The notes beneath the pieces were generated by a model. The model did not search any database, was not told where the DNA came from, and saw only the letters and a program-made list of their open reading frames with translations. Of a stretch of DNA of 64,000 bases, positions 1 through 9,275 are shown one piece after another. Numbering within the stretch: position 1 is the first letter of the stretch; every line of letters starts with the position of its first letter. The stretch is from positions 1 to 64,000 of IMG/VR virus record IMGVR_UViG_3300044691_000355. One strand, written 5' to 3'. The position numbers and the translations under genes are program-made. This DNA is from a virus.

Positions 1-1
1 C

Positions 2-142
2 TGCGGCATCTGGTTCCGATTGAAGTACGCGAAGGATGACCCTGACCTATTCCCCAAGGGCAAGTGGGCTACCTTGCAGCGTTTCGAGCAATTGATTGAG
101 CAGGCAGTACGCTCACAATCTGATGCCAGCGTGAAGCCTTGA
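2..142 (+). CDS. Partial hypothetical protein (5' truncated)
   Basis: Open frame from the window start to TGA at 140-142, overlapping the TTG start of the next ORF. Confidence 0.5.
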   Translation, partial: CGIWFRLKYAKDDPDLFPKGKWATLQRFEQLIEQAVRSQSDASVKP

Positions 143-345
143 GCGAGCGGCCGTATCAACGGATGAGCGTCTGCGAGCACCTTGTCTTGGGAATCTCTGG
201 CGGCGGCGTGTCGTTTTTGGCAGCATCGCTGATCGAACACTATTTCAAAGTGCCGCAATATGTGGTCCCCTTCATTGCTTTCATTCTCGGGGCGCAAGCC
301 GGGCGCGTCGGATTCGCGTGGTGGCTGCGGAGGCAACGCAAGTGA
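139..345 (+). CDS. Small membrane protein
   Basis: Two hydrophobic stretches; 4-bp overlaps with both neighbours. Confidence 0.55.
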   Translation: MSERPYQRMSVCEHLVLGISGGGVSFLAASLIEHYFKVPQYVVPFIAFILGAQAGRVGFAWWLRRQRK

Positions 346-527
346 TCATCACCGCTGAAATCTTTCAGATGCGCACAGGACAAGAGCCAGTGCACGACGA
401 CCTGGAGCGCGCCAACTGCCCGCTGGCGGGGACCTTCGGGCATTGGGGCTGCGGTTGGTGCGAACACAGCATCCCCGTATGGCAGTGCGCCGATTGCTCG
501 CTGCGGGCGGTTACGAAGGGGCGTTAG
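342..527 (+). CDS. Small Cys-rich hypothetical protein
   Basis: GTGA overlap; DDLERANC...HWGCGWC..H motif. Confidence 0.55.
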   Translation: MIITAEIFQMRTGQEPVHDDLERANCPLAGTFGHWGCGWCEHSIPVWQCADCSLRAVTKGR

Positions 528-747
528 CCAGTAAAATATCGGGCTCAAGCGCCTCATGGACCTTCCCCAGTATATCGACCCCAATGTTCGCCACTTCGGC
601 GAAGAGCGGGCTTCCATTGAAAGGGTCATCGAACTCCCTGAGAGCGACGGCGAGGCACATGAGCAACGCCTGGACGCGGCCGATATGTTCTCGCTGGGCT
701 TCAATCGTATCGATCAATTTCTTGTAGGTCTGTGGTAGGCGCTTCAC
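511..747 (-). CDS. Hypothetical helical protein, paralog of 10098-10328
   Basis: Aligns by eye with the 10098-10328 product (IEAQRE/IEAERD, CLAVA/CLAIA, EALEP/GALDP). Confidence 0.65.
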   Translation of the reverse strand: MKRLPQTYKKLIDTIEAQREHIGRVQALLMCLAVALREFDDPFNGSPLFAEVANIGVDILGKVHEALEPDILLANAPS

Positions 748-819
748 GTATCACCTTCGGGCTGTTTTTGGCCCGCGCACCCTACTACGCATCGAATCCC
801 TTTCGATACTAAGACTTCC

Positions 820-1263
820 TTAGCCCGAATTGCGCAGGCGCTCGCAGATTTTAAGGTGACCGGCGAGCGCCTGATCCCACGTGCTATAGCGCTGGCAACC
901 GTCGCTCCAAATCCCCCGCCTCTCCCCATCCTCGTCCTTCCCCGGCTTGCCGATGAGGGTCATGGTCTCAAAGAGAATCGGCACACGGGGGCCGCCGGTG
1001 AAGTTGAAACCGTGATCGAGCCCTAAGAAGATGGTCGAAACCCAGTAGTCGCCGATCTGATCCTGCTGCACGATGCGGTTCGCGTGATCCTCAAACCATA
1101 ATGCCCACAGAATGAGATCGGGGCACGCCACTGGCTCGTGTCCGCGCAGGATGTATTTGCCGGTGATATTTTCTGGATCGAATCGGTACGGAAGATCGCC
1201 GAGTCTCTTGGCGACCTCATCCATCATCAACTTTATTTCGGCGAGTTGATCTTCGTCAGTCAT
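820..1263 (-). CDS. Conserved phage hypothetical protein
   Basis: ATG at 1263 with ATGA overlap; VSTIFLGLDH...PILFETM motif typical of phage accessory proteins. Confidence 0.65.
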   Translation of the reverse strand: MTDEDQLAEIKLMMDEVAKRLGDLPYRFDPENITGKYILRGHEPVACPDLILWALWFEDHANRIVQQDQIGDYWVSTIFLGLDHGFNFTGGPRVPILFETMTLIGKPGKDEDGERRGIWSDGCQRYSTWDQALAGHLKICERLRNSG

Positions 1264-1469
1264 TGTGTGCGCGCCAGGTGCGGATGGTGCCCGCAAAAGT
1301 GATTGATAATCGCCTTCGCCATGCGCTCGGTCGCAGCCGCGCGTTGAGCTTCTGCTTCTGTCGAGCCCGCCTCCGGGAGGTCGCGAAGGCTCGCTTCGAT
1401 CACAGGCTCCGAGTGTTTCCACTCACACTCGGGGCACGACCAATCCATCGTCACCGTCAGCACTTTCAT
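1260..1469 (-). CDS. Split C2H2-type Zn-binding protein, paralog of 3996-4226
   Basis: SCPECEWKHSEP ... H-x4-HP. Confidence 0.6.
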   Translation of the reverse strand: MKVLTVTMDWSCPECEWKHSEPVIEASLRDLPEAGSTEAEAQRAAATERMAKAIINHFCGHHPHLARTQ

Positions 1470-1700
1470 GCCGGGCGCAGCCGCCCGCCTACCTACGCAG
1501 GCGAGCAGCCACGATCACGGTTACCTGCAACGCGATCCACTTGGAGGCAACCACGATAAAGTGCCAAGCCGGGTGCCACGCAAGAGGCACCCAACCGGCT
1601 GCAACCGATTCGATGAAATCCTCTGGAGTCATGACACATCACCTAGCGCCCTTTTTATGTTGCTGCATTTTGCAGGGCGCGGAGTCTACTTTGGTGTACC

Positions 1701-1937
1701 TCAAAATTCAACCTTATTTTGAGCACTGAGCACGTAGCGCTTCGCGGTCTTATCATAGGTCATCGCGCCGGGATGTCCGCGCATGTAAGTTCTGAGGTCA
1801 ACGGAGGCCTGCGGCTTCGAGATGCCGAACTTACGCTCAAGGTGCTCGCGATTGATGTAACCGAAGACGTACAGCGTCTCTGTAATCCATTGTTGCCGGT
1901 GTTGCTCATACCAGCGCACTAGCGAAAAATAATCCAC
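1701..1937 (-). CDS. Standalone winged HTH resembling the N-terminal domain of CapW-like WYL regulators
   Basis: GYINREHLERKFGISKPQASVDLRTY...YDKTAKRYV matches the CapW-type wHTH pattern; no WYL domain. Confidence 0.7.
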   Translation of the reverse strand: MDYFSLVRWYEQHRQQWITETLYVFGYINREHLERKFGISKPQASVDLRTYMRGHPGAMTYDKTAKRYVLSAQNKVEF

Positions 1938-1992
1938 AGCGCCAGCAGCATCACGGCAATGTCCCGCACGATTTCAAGGCCGCGCCTCAAGG

Positions 1993-2274
1993 TCATAGCC
2001 ACGTCTCCACCAGAAACGGAGGATCGGTCTCGTCGCGCGGCATGCATATGAGACCTAAGTTCATCAGCGCCGCGCGCACAGTGTCAAGCTGCGCGTGCTC
2101 GAAATGAACGGTGAGCGGGCCGCCAAGCTTCGTGCTGAATGGTCGGACCACATACGAGTCAGGACAGTCGAGCGGATGATCGTAGATCGCCCACGTCAAT
2201 AGATCGCTGTCGGCTATCGCCTTGTTATGCAGTACGGCCAGACTGCTGCGACTGATGCGTATAGAGTGCATCAC
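1993..2274 (-). CDS. Hypothetical protein
   Basis: WAIYDHPLDCPD...DPPFLVETW; coupled to the upstream gene. Confidence 0.65.
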   Translation of the reverse strand: MMHSIRISRSSLAVLHNKAIADSDLLTWAIYDHPLDCPDSYVVRPFSTKLGGPLTVHFEHAQLDTVRAALMNLGLICMPRDETDPPFLVETWL

Positions 2275-2579
2275 CGCTCACCTTCCAGGTACCTCACCGC
2301 CGCCTCTGCCGCCTGCCGTCGCGTGAGCGCCGGATCGTCCTCCATTCTACTGCCCCACACAAAACACGAGCAACGCCGCTGCTGATGCGCCACCGACCCG
2401 ATGATGCCGCGCATGAAACAGGCGCGGTGGAAGGGCTGCGCTCCTGGCGGAATCACCCACCCATCATCCCTGCTCTCGATGGGTTCACCGCAATGCACGC
2501 AAGTTTCACCCACCGGGGTGTCAACGTGCTCGGCATCGATATAGGCCGCAGAGTAGTAGCGCACGCCGAAGAATTTCAT
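2271..2579 (-). CDS. Cys/His-rich hypothetical protein
   Basis: CxxC, HxxC motifs; 4-bp overlaps. Confidence 0.65.
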   Translation of the reverse strand: MKFFGVRYYSAAYIDAEHVDTPVGETCVHCGEPIESRDDGWVIPPGAQPFHRACFMRGIIGSVAHQQRRCSCFVWGSRMEDDPALTRRQAAEAAVRYLEGER

Positions 2580-2950
2580 GCGCCATTCTCACGCGGCGGA
2601 TACCCCATCGCGGCGCGCTCGACTTCGATGAACGCCTCGATTTCCTCTCGCTCTGTCAGCATCGTGCCGATGGGCTCATCCGATCCGGGGAAATCGCACT
2701 CCACTAGATCATCGGCATCGACACCGAAAACCTGCCGGTCAAAGGTGATGAGGTTGTACCGCCCGGTGATATCGACGGTGACGGTGCCGTTCTCACGATA
2801 TGAGTGCAGCGTCACGCGGTGGCCTGTAGATTTCATGCGGTAGAGTCTATCCGGTGGCAGGCGCTTGCACATCCGCTGAATCACTGGCGGCCGGGTTTTG
2901 ACCCACTCTTCCCACGCGATCTGATCGAATTTCTCGGTTATCTTTGCCAT
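2576..2950 (-). CDS. Hypothetical protein
   Basis: ORF in a coupled operon. Confidence 0.6.
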   Translation of the reverse strand: MAKITEKFDQIAWEEWVKTRPPVIQRMCKRLPPDRLYRMKSTGHRVTLHSYRENGTVTVDITGRYNLITFDRQVFGVDADDLVECDFPGSDEPIGTMLTEREEIEAFIEVERAAMGYPPRENGA

Positions 2951-3085
2951 GCGCTTCACCCGCGATCCGTTTCAACCTCGAATATTCTTTCACGAATAAT
3001 TTGAAATCGCGCTCACTCAGAAACCCGTCGCGCCATTCGTAGAACTTCTCCCTCAGCGCCAGCGCCAATACGTCATTGGCGGTCT

Positions 3086-3400
3086 TCATGGCGAACAAGT
3101 CCACACGTCACACCCGCCTACGACCACGCCAGCATCCTCGACTGGCTCAAGCGTGTGAACATAGCCATTCTTCTCGACGATCCGCTGCATGCGCCCGAGC
3201 GGCGTAGGAACCGCCACAGCCTTGCCCTGCGCGTGGATCGCCGCGACCAGGGCCTTGAAGTTGCCCTTGGCTTTGCTCGTGATGAGCGACACCATGATGC
3301 GTTCTGGGAACTCCCACAGATAGCTGTCAGTGGTAAATCGGTCGGAGGTGAAGCCCAGCTCCTTCCCGCGCGCGCTATCGATGGCAATCATTTCGTTCAT
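3086..3400 (-). CDS. Hypothetical protein
   Basis: ORF in a coupled operon. Confidence 0.6.
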   Translation of the reverse strand: MNEMIAIDSARGKELGFTSDRFTTDSYLWEFPERIMVSLITSKAKGNFKALVAAIHAQGKAVAVPTPLGRMQRIVEKNGYVHTLEPVEDAGVVVGGCDVWTCSP

Positions 3401-3690
3401 GGCTTCTTCCGCAATCCATCCGCGAGCCGTTTGGCGTTCTCGCGATTCGCGGCATCGATGCGCGCCGCAAGCGCACGCAAGTTATTCGACGCAAGCGCCC
3501 CCTTGTTCCAGCCCGCTGGCCACCACAGCCACATGCCATCATCGCCCCGAATTAATTCCTGCCGGGCCACCATGAAATCCCATATTTCATCGCCTCGGTT
3601 CACGAATCGATCCCATCCACCCAGTGCACCGTACCGCAGGAGAGGCACGTCCACTTCGCGTCTTCGTAGCCACCGTCGTTTGATTCCCAC
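3397..3690 (-). CDS. Hypothetical protein (start uncertain)
   Basis: ATGA overlap at its 3' end. Confidence 0.45.
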   Translation of the reverse strand: MGIKRRWLRRREVDVPLLRYGALGGWDRFVNRGDEIWDFMVARQELIRGDDGMWLWWPAGWNKGALASNNLRALAARIDAANRENAKRLADGLRKKP

Positions 3691-3872
3691 ACCTGCACCC
3701 GATGATCCTTCAGTGCTTGCTCACGGCGGCAGAAAGTCTCCGCGACTGCCTCGCGCGTGAACGTGCCCTCCGATTCCGCCATTGGTTTCATGTGCGTCAC
3801 GGCTCTGCCTTTTTCTTCTGCCGCAAGATTGATCTCGCACGCAAGATGCCAAAGGCGATGAGCACGTTGCAC
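3600..3872 (-). CDS. Small Zn-ribbon protein (start uncertain)
   Basis: C...WES.DGGYED.K..CxxCG..HWVDGIDS. Confidence 0.55.
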   Translation of the reverse strand: MQRAHRLWHLACEINLAAEEKGRAVTHMKPMAESEGTFTREAVAETFCRREQALKDHRVQVWESNDGGYEDAKWTCLSCGTVHWVDGIDS

Positions 3873-3995
3873 ACCTCGCTCACCGACATATCGGCAATCT
3901 TCGCCACCTCATCGACGACTGCCATCTCATTGCGCGGCAGGCGCAAATCAAAAACGTGATTTTCTTTTTTCATGGTCCCTTCGGTTGTGTCGCCT

Positions 3996-4226
3996 TCATT
4001 GCTTCACCTCCCTGACGATCACATCGCGCTGATTCTCTGGGTGCGCCAGCTCCAAGTGTGCAAACACCGCCGCATCGACGCGCTCCATGAGCTGCTCTTT
4101 CAAGATACGCGAGAGCCCGGCGGGGTCGGAGAACGCGCCCATCAGGCCGGACGGCATCGCCGACTCCGTATCCGGTTCATCGTGGTGCCAGTCGCACAGC
4201 GGACAGGAAACCCTCATAATTTTCAT
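3996..4226 (-). CDS. Split C2H2-type Zn-binding protein, paralog of 1260-1469
   Basis: ATG at 4226 with ATGA overlap; SCPLCDWHHDEP ... H-x4-HP. Confidence 0.6.
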   Translation of the reverse strand: MKIMRVSCPLCDWHHDEPDTESAMPSGLMGAFSDPAGLSRILKEQLMERVDAAVFAHLELAHPENQRDVIVREVKQ

Positions 4227-4480
4227 GACTTGTGCAAATCCGCGACGATGGAAGTCGCCAGCTCCTGGGCTTCGATCTGCATTTGGCGAATGAAGTGAAC
4301 CGCCGCATCGACATCCATCGGCTGCGCCTCCATAAAGCGCTCGATCACACCCAGGGCTGCCGTATAGAAAGCGAACTTCGCTTTGCGCCGTTGCTCCACG
4401 CCGAAATCGGCGGGCAGCACATTGCGCTCGAATTCGCGCCAGTCTTCTAACAGGGTTTGCGCCACCATCTCTAGGCTCAT
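4223..4480 (-). CDS. Hypothetical protein
   Basis: QRRKAKFAFY motif; coupled operon. Confidence 0.6.
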   Translation of the reverse strand: MSLEMVAQTLLEDWREFERNVLPADFGVEQRRKAKFAFYTAALGVIERFMEAQPMDVDAAVHFIRQMQIEAQELATSIVADLHKS

Positions 4481-4601
4481 ATGACTTTATCCCACATGCG
4501 CCAGCGCGCTTTGCCGTCGCGACTCTGATGAGGACGATCACGGTATAGGTGCCAGTTGGTGAATTTCCAGCGCCCGAGAACCACGCAAAAATAACGATGG
4601 A

Positions 4602-4961
4602 TCATCGCGGCGCTTCCTTGACGGGAATGCTCTTCGCCTTCGCGATCCGCACCATGTGCGCGGTGCCACGCTCACCGGGGAAGGCCACCACAAGATCAGG
4701 ATTTAAGTCGAGCATGCGCTGGTTGCGAACGAGACCTGCGCGCGGGTTGTAGACACCGCCTACGATCCAGATCGCATCGCACGCGACGGGCTGAATGCCG
4801 TGCAAAATCGCCCAGCCGTGCGCGAGCTTGTCCGCGCCGCGAGCGTTGCCATGGATCACGTGCGTGATCGGATTCTCCTCAGTGCTCAAAAGGTCATCGA
4901 GAAAAAAGTGCAAATATTCCTTATCGCTGTACTCGCGTCCGCCGCACACCAACATTTTCAT
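4602..4961 (-). CDS. SLOG superfamily (DUF2493/YspA-like) protein
   Basis: LVCGGREY, HGNARGAD, AG.VRNQRML, VVAFPG..GT.HM motifs. Confidence 0.85.
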   Translation of the reverse strand: MKMLVCGGREYSDKEYLHFFLDDLLSTEENPITHVIHGNARGADKLAHGWAILHGIQPVACDAIWIVGGVYNPRAGLVRNQRMLDLNPDLVVAFPGERGTAHMVRIAKAKSIPVKEAPR

Positions 4962-4964
4962 GGC

Positions 4965-5198
4965 TCACGCGGCGGGTTTGAAGCGAGATTTTGGAGGCCG
5001 CGAGCGCGGCGGCTCATCAGCGGCCGGACCGGCCTGCTCTAGCTTGATCTTCTCGTAAATCTCTTCCCGGTGCACGGCCACGTCTTTCGGTGCATCGACC
5101 CCGATGCGTACCTGACTGCCATTGACCGCCATCACCGTGACTTTCACGTGCGCGCCGATCATCAAAGACTCACCGACTCTTCGCGTCAATATCAACAT
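4965..5198 (-). CDS. csrA: Carbon storage regulator CsrA/RsmA
   Basis: [15 protein letters not shown]...[20 protein letters not shown], near-canonical CsrA; AAGGAGG RBS. Confidence 0.95.
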   Translation of the reverse strand: MLILTRRVGESLMIGAHVKVTVMAVNGSQVRIGVDAPKDVAVHREEIYEKIKLEQAGPAADEPPRSRPPKSRFKPAA

Positions 5199-5244
5199 TC
5201 AAAATCCTCCTTGCGGATTTACTGGTGGTCCCTCAAACATTTTT

Positions 5245-5511
5245 CTAGGCCGGTCCGTCGGTGAACCCCACGACGCCGTAGCCTTCGAGCGTCACGATGT
5301 AGGTGTGCCACTTCACCCGCTCATCCCAGACGGGCTTGTCTTTATCGAACCACGCGTAGGGCTCGACGTGCAGCGCGGGGCCGATGTCTTGCCACCAATC
5401 AAACGGTGCCAGCAGCTTTTTGATGTGAGCCACGAGCGCCGCACGGTCGGGAAGCTCCACGAGTGTCTTCATGGATTCATCCAGGCCGCCGCGATGTTCC
5501 CGGAATTTCAC
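5245..5511 (-). CDS. Hypothetical protein
   Basis: FREHRGGLDESM motif; operon context. Confidence 0.6.
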   Translation of the reverse strand: MKFREHRGGLDESMKTLVELPDRAALVAHIKKLLAPFDWWQDIGPALHVEPYAWFDKDKPVWDERVKWHTYIVTLEGYGVVGFTDGPA

Positions 5512-5514
5512 GCT

Positions 5515-6240
5515 TCACAATTCCCCTTCAAGGGTTGCGAGGGCGAGGGTGATGAGGGCGACGCGCACCCTTTCGGACTTGGCCGTGAGCGCGTGCTTGA
5601 GGTATGAGACCGTGGCCTTGCCTCCGTGCCCTGCGCCGACGGTGGCGGCCTTGGGAGCATCCTGCGATGTCGCGGCCGTTGCCGCCAATTTCTTCTCGCG
5701 CGACTCCCAGTCGTAGACCGCGTGCTTAGGCAACTTTAAATCCTTGGCAATGTCGGCGGCACGTTCGCCCGCGTGATACCGCTTCAAGGCAGCGGTCTTA
5801 AGCTTCGCGCTGTATTTTTGGCTGCCGCTCTTCGCGGCGGGAGCGCGCTCGTGCTTAGGCTCCAGCTTTCGCTTCCAGTTGTACAGCATGCTGTTGTGTA
5901 TTTTCAGCTCATCCGCCAACTCTGTAGCAGACTCGCCCGCATCGAGGCGCTTGACCGCAGCGCGACGAAAATCGTCCGAGTACACCGTGCGCCCACCGGG
6001 CCCGAAGCTCACGCCCTTTCGACCGGACTTTTTTGAACCCTTTGCCTCGACAACCCAACGGCGCACGACGCTGCCGGAGATGCGCAACTCATCGGCCACC
6101 GCATTTGCTGCCTCGCCTTTCTTGACGCGCGCAACCACGCCCCGCTTGTAGTCATCGGAGAACTGACGTTTCTTACCCGCGACCGGCGGCCCGATGCCAT
6201 TCGCCTTGGAGGCGGTGCTTTCCGAGGTTTGCTCGCTCAT
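5515..6240 (-). CDS. DNA-binding protein with three tandem transposase-type HTH (HTH_Tnp_1-like) domains
   Basis: Three repeats: FSDDYKRGVV..GE...VADEL.I..W / YSDDFRRAAV..GES...LADELKI..W / YSAKLKTAAL..GE...IAKDL..W. Confidence 0.75.
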   Translation of the reverse strand: MSEQTSESTASKANGIGPPVAGKKRQFSDDYKRGVVARVKKGEAANAVADELRISGSVVRRWVVEAKGSKKSGRKGVSFGPGGRTVYSDDFRRAAVKRLDAGESATELADELKIHNSMLYNWKRKLEPKHERAPAAKSGSQKYSAKLKTAALKRYHAGERAADIAKDLKLPKHAVYDWESREKKLAATAATSQDAPKAATVGAGHGGKATVSYLKHALTAKSERVRVALITLALATLEGEL

Positions 6241-6479
6241 CGTCTAGCTTTCCTTTTACTGCGCCGTAATTGGCTCAAAGCCTCTTGCTGATCGATCCTA
6301 CGTTCCCGGCGGTGCGTGATCCGAAACAGGCTTCTAGTGTAGCGGTGATTACGGTCGAGGATTTCATCCGGCCTCAGCTTTTCATAGCGCGCCATCGATG
6401 CGCGGCAGTTCTTGCAATACCTTCGACGGCTATGCGTCGCCAGTATTTCCGGGCAATTTTCAGTCGGACACTTCGCCAT
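6237..6479 (-). CDS. Basic Zn-finger hypothetical protein, first gene of the leftward operon
   Basis: CPTENC..YCKNC; AAGGA RBS. Confidence 0.6.
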   Translation of the reverse strand: MAKCPTENCPEILATHSRRRYCKNCRASMARYEKLRPDEILDRNHRYTRSLFRITHRRERRIDQQEALSQLRRSKRKARR

Positions 6480-7028
6480 TCCTTAGTGCTCCTTGTTGTC
6501 TATACCGCATCCGAATTGCGCGCGTTTCCCTTGAATCCACCGATATGCACAGTTATTCAAGTCCACCACGCTGTACTTTGTCAAGCAAACCTCACCAATT
6601 TAGTGCGCCAATATCATGGTCAAAACATTAGGTCAAATTAAATGTACACGCGTTTTTTAGGGTTTTGCCTGACAGTTTCAAGCTATACATACTCCAACAA
6701 CATCATTACCAGATTTTTTTATTATCGTCGAGATAAATAAACGGAAGTCAAGCATAATGTACCTGGAATCAGGTAATAAATCGGCCTCCACAGATGCCAC
6801 AGGACGGGCTTTCAGCCCATTGCGATAGGAATGCCAAGGGTACACCTTACGCGTACCAGGGACGGCCTACGCCCCTCCTATGCGCTTTCCAAAATACTTT
6901 TAGACGCGCGGCAAATTTCAATGAAAAATAAACATGAAATATGTCACATACCCTCTATACGCCTAACTTGGAGTACGCTAAACTTGCACCTCGGAAAGTT
7001 TGAACGGCTCACCAAGAGGGTTAACACA
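6480..7028. promoter_or_regulatory. AT-rich divergent control region
   Basis: Markedly lower GC; operons diverge on both sides; contains TTGACA (minus strand, 6579-6584) and the first AATACTTTTAG motif. Confidence 0.7.
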
Positions 7029-8096
7029 ATGTCAGACAATATCGATATGAGTAACGGTCAAGCCAACGTCGCGGCAGTCGGCGGCGCTGGCAGTATGTGG
7101 CATAAGAAAGGGAATGAAATCCTAGCCACGGACACAATGTCAGATGTCGCGCGCAAGGCAGGCATGGCGCACATCGTCACTTCCTCCCCAGTCACCTACA
7201 CGGACGGCGCTGGCATCGTTCGCGAGATGCCCAATACTCGCGTGAACTTTCGCGCAGATACGGGCGCAGCCCTGGGCATACGCTCGGATGACTACAAAAT
7301 CCTTCAGCCTGCCCAAGTCCTCGAATTTTTGTGGGACTGGTCGAAAAAGAATAATTGCCCTGTCCACACGGCGGGCAGCCTCGCAGGCGGAAAACGCGTT
7401 TGGGCCATGTGCAAGCTCTCGAAGGAGTTCGGGTTCATGCTGCCAGGCAAGGACAAAATCGACTCCTACCTGCGGTTCATGACGGGCTTTGACGGTAAGA
7501 CGGGCACTTCGGCGGTAGGCACCTCCACGCGCCAAGTGTGCGAGAACACTGAGAACCTGATCAATCGCACGGATGGCAAAAATTCCTACAACGTCTCGCA
7601 CATGGCGCAATTCGATCCAGTGGCGCTACAGCAAGCGCTTGGCATGATGGGGGAGTCCCATCGCATCACCTCGCAATTCTGGAATGAGCTGTGCAAGCGC
7701 AAGGTAAACGACGCGGAGCGCGATAAATTCTTCTGCGATCTGTTCGAGATCGATGTAGCGCAACGCGACGCGGTAGACAGCGCGGGCAAAACCATCGTCA
7801 AGACTCGCACGCGCAACATGCTGAGCCAATTGACGGCGGCCTTTAACAACGCCCCTGGGCAGAATCTGAAGTCTGCCAAGGGCACGGCCTACGGCCTTTT
7901 GCAGGCGGTCACGTACTGGACGGATCACGAGTCGCGCTCGAATGACATCCACAAGGATGGCGCTGACGCGGCGCGTTTCAACTCGGCGCAATTCGGCCTC
8001 GGTGCTCGCACGAAAGCGGACGCGCAATACCTTGCGGCAGAGTTGGCGGGTTGCCTGGAACTGGTAGTGCCTGCCTCGCAGCTAGTCGCGGCCTGA
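7029..8096 (+). CDS. DUF932 (TIGR03299 phage/plasmid-like) protein
   Basis: WHKKG, YKILQP, TAGSL.GGKRVW, RQVCENT, GTAYGLLQAVTYWTDH motifs. Confidence 0.85.
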   Translation: MSDNIDMSNGQANVAAVGGAGSMWHKKGNEILATDTMSDVARKAGMAHIVTSSPVTYTDGAGIVREMPNTRVNFRADTGAALGIRSDDYKILQPAQVLEFLWDWSKKNNCPVHTAGSLAGGKRVWAMCKLSKEFGFMLPGKDKIDSYLRFMTGFDGKTGTSAVGTSTRQVCENTENLINRTDGKNSYNVSHMAQFDPVALQQALGMMGESHRITSQFWNELCKRKVNDAERDKFFCDLFEIDVAQRDAVDSAGKTIVKTRTRNMLSQLTAAFNNAPGQNLKSAKGTAYGLLQAVTYWTDHESRSNDIHKDGADAARFNSAQFGLGARTKADAQYLAAELAGCLELVVPASQLVAA

Positions 8097-8109
8097 TCGG
8101 TGAGCCTTA

Positions 8110-8140
8110 CCCCCTGGCAGAAATGTCAGGGGGCTTTTTT
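8110..8140 (+). terminator. Rho-independent terminator
   Basis: CCCCTGGCA-GAAA-TGTCAGGGG stem followed by TTTTTT. Confidence 0.75.
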
Positions 8141-8171
8141 GGACGAAAATACTTTTACAAGGATTTTGAAA

Positions 8172-8594
8172 ATGGCTCAGATTCACGGCACTTTTTTATG
8201 CTTCGGCGCGACGGCGGAACCCGGCGTGGTGCTCCTCGGCGCGTATGAGCTGTCAACCATTGGCGAGTCCATGCGCATCGCTGAAACGCGGTGCAGGAAT
8301 ATCCCAGAGGCGCGCGAGCGGGTTTACGCGAAATACTTTTACGCGGGCGTTCAGTACGCCATTCCGGCCTGGGTGCCAGATGCCATGCTCTCGATTGTCG
8401 AGCATTACGCGGGACCTAACAGCCTGCGCATACGCACCCTCGCAGCCATGATTTACGAGGGGAAACATTACGGCTTCAACGGCGACGGCCCCTCCGATCC
8501 CAAGGGCGGCCAGCCTGCATTGCTTGACCCAGTGAAACCGAAACCGCGCAAGCCTTCCGGGGCGGCGCGCATCAAAACCCCTGCGACGGCGTAG
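8172..8594 (+). CDS. Hypothetical protein
   Basis: AAGGA RBS and ATG at 8172. Confidence 0.6.
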   Translation: MAQIHGTFLCFGATAEPGVVLLGAYELSTIGESMRIAETRCRNIPEARERVYAKYFYAGVQYAIPAWVPDAMLSIVEHYAGPNSLRIRTLAAMIYEGKHYGFNGDGPSDPKGGQPALLDPVKPKPRKPSGAARIKTPATA

Positions 8595-8639
8595 GCCTCA
8601 AAATACTTTTAGCGGCTCGACAATCAAACGGAGAATTCT

Positions 8640-8822
8640 ATGACGAATGTCAACACGAAAATTGCAGGCAAGATTCTGACCATTACGGTGGACCTGAGCG
8701 AACGCCACGGCGCGAGCGCATCCGGGAAGACGACCATCATTGCCAGCACGCAAGGCAACCAGAAACTCCCGGCCCCCTTCGCGGACGTGAGCCTCGGCCT
8801 GAACATCTACACGAAGCCTTAA
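8640..8822 (+). CDS. Conserved small phage protein
   Basis: LTITVDL...SASGKTTIIAST.GN motif; GGAG RBS. Confidence 0.75.
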   Translation: MTNVNTKIAGKILTITVDLSERHGASASGKTTIIASTQGNQKLPAPFADVSLGLNIYTKP

Positions 8823-8840
8823 GCCTGGAGTTCCCAGCTT

Positions 8841-8867
8841 GGAGCCCTGCGAATCGCGTAGGGCTCC
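8841..8867 (+). other. Intergenic hairpin
   Basis: GGAGCCCTGCG...CGTAGGGCTCC inverted repeat without a U-tract. Confidence 0.55.
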
Positions 8868-8908
8868 CGGATGGATCACGGGGCGAAATACTTTTAGGAG
8901 GTTTTCAG

Positions 8909-9253
8909 ATGGCGAAGAAAAAAGCGGGCGCGGAAATCAGAAGTGCGGCCAATTCCCCCGAGATGGCTGCGCGACACCCTCACGCACCTGCGCCCTGGAC
9001 AATCGGCAAAGACGAAAACGGCACGGTGATCCGGGACGCTCACGGCTGGAGCATCGCGCATATGTACGGCGTTTGGAATAACGCCCACGCCAATGAGGCG
9101 GTAATCGTGGCGGCCCCCGATACGACAGCGGCGCTGCGCGCGCTTCTCGACTGGGCACGCGAGAACACCTCCCCGACGGACGCCAACAGTCCGCATGAAT
9201 TGCTAATCGCTGCGGCTGCGGCGCTAGTCAAGGCTGACGGGCTGGTTTGGTAA
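8909..9253 (+). CDS. Hypothetical protein
   Basis: P.PW...ANEAVIVAAPD motif; AGGAGG RBS. Confidence 0.7.
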   Translation: MAKKKAGAEIRSAANSPEMAARHPHAPAPWTIGKDENGTVIRDAHGWSIAHMYGVWNNAHANEAVIVAAPDTTAALRALLDWARENTSPTDANSPHELLIAAAAALVKADGLVW

Positions 9254-9275
9254 TGAATACTTTTAGGAGATTTCG

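Noticed and set aside
5515-6240. IS3-family insertion sequence
   Set aside because: No DDE OrfB, terminal inverted repeats or target duplication; the gene is coupled to phage neighbours.
6831-7028. N-terminal extension of the DUF932 ORF
   Set aside because: Lies in the AT-rich control region; the ATG at 7029 has an RBS and matches the family start.
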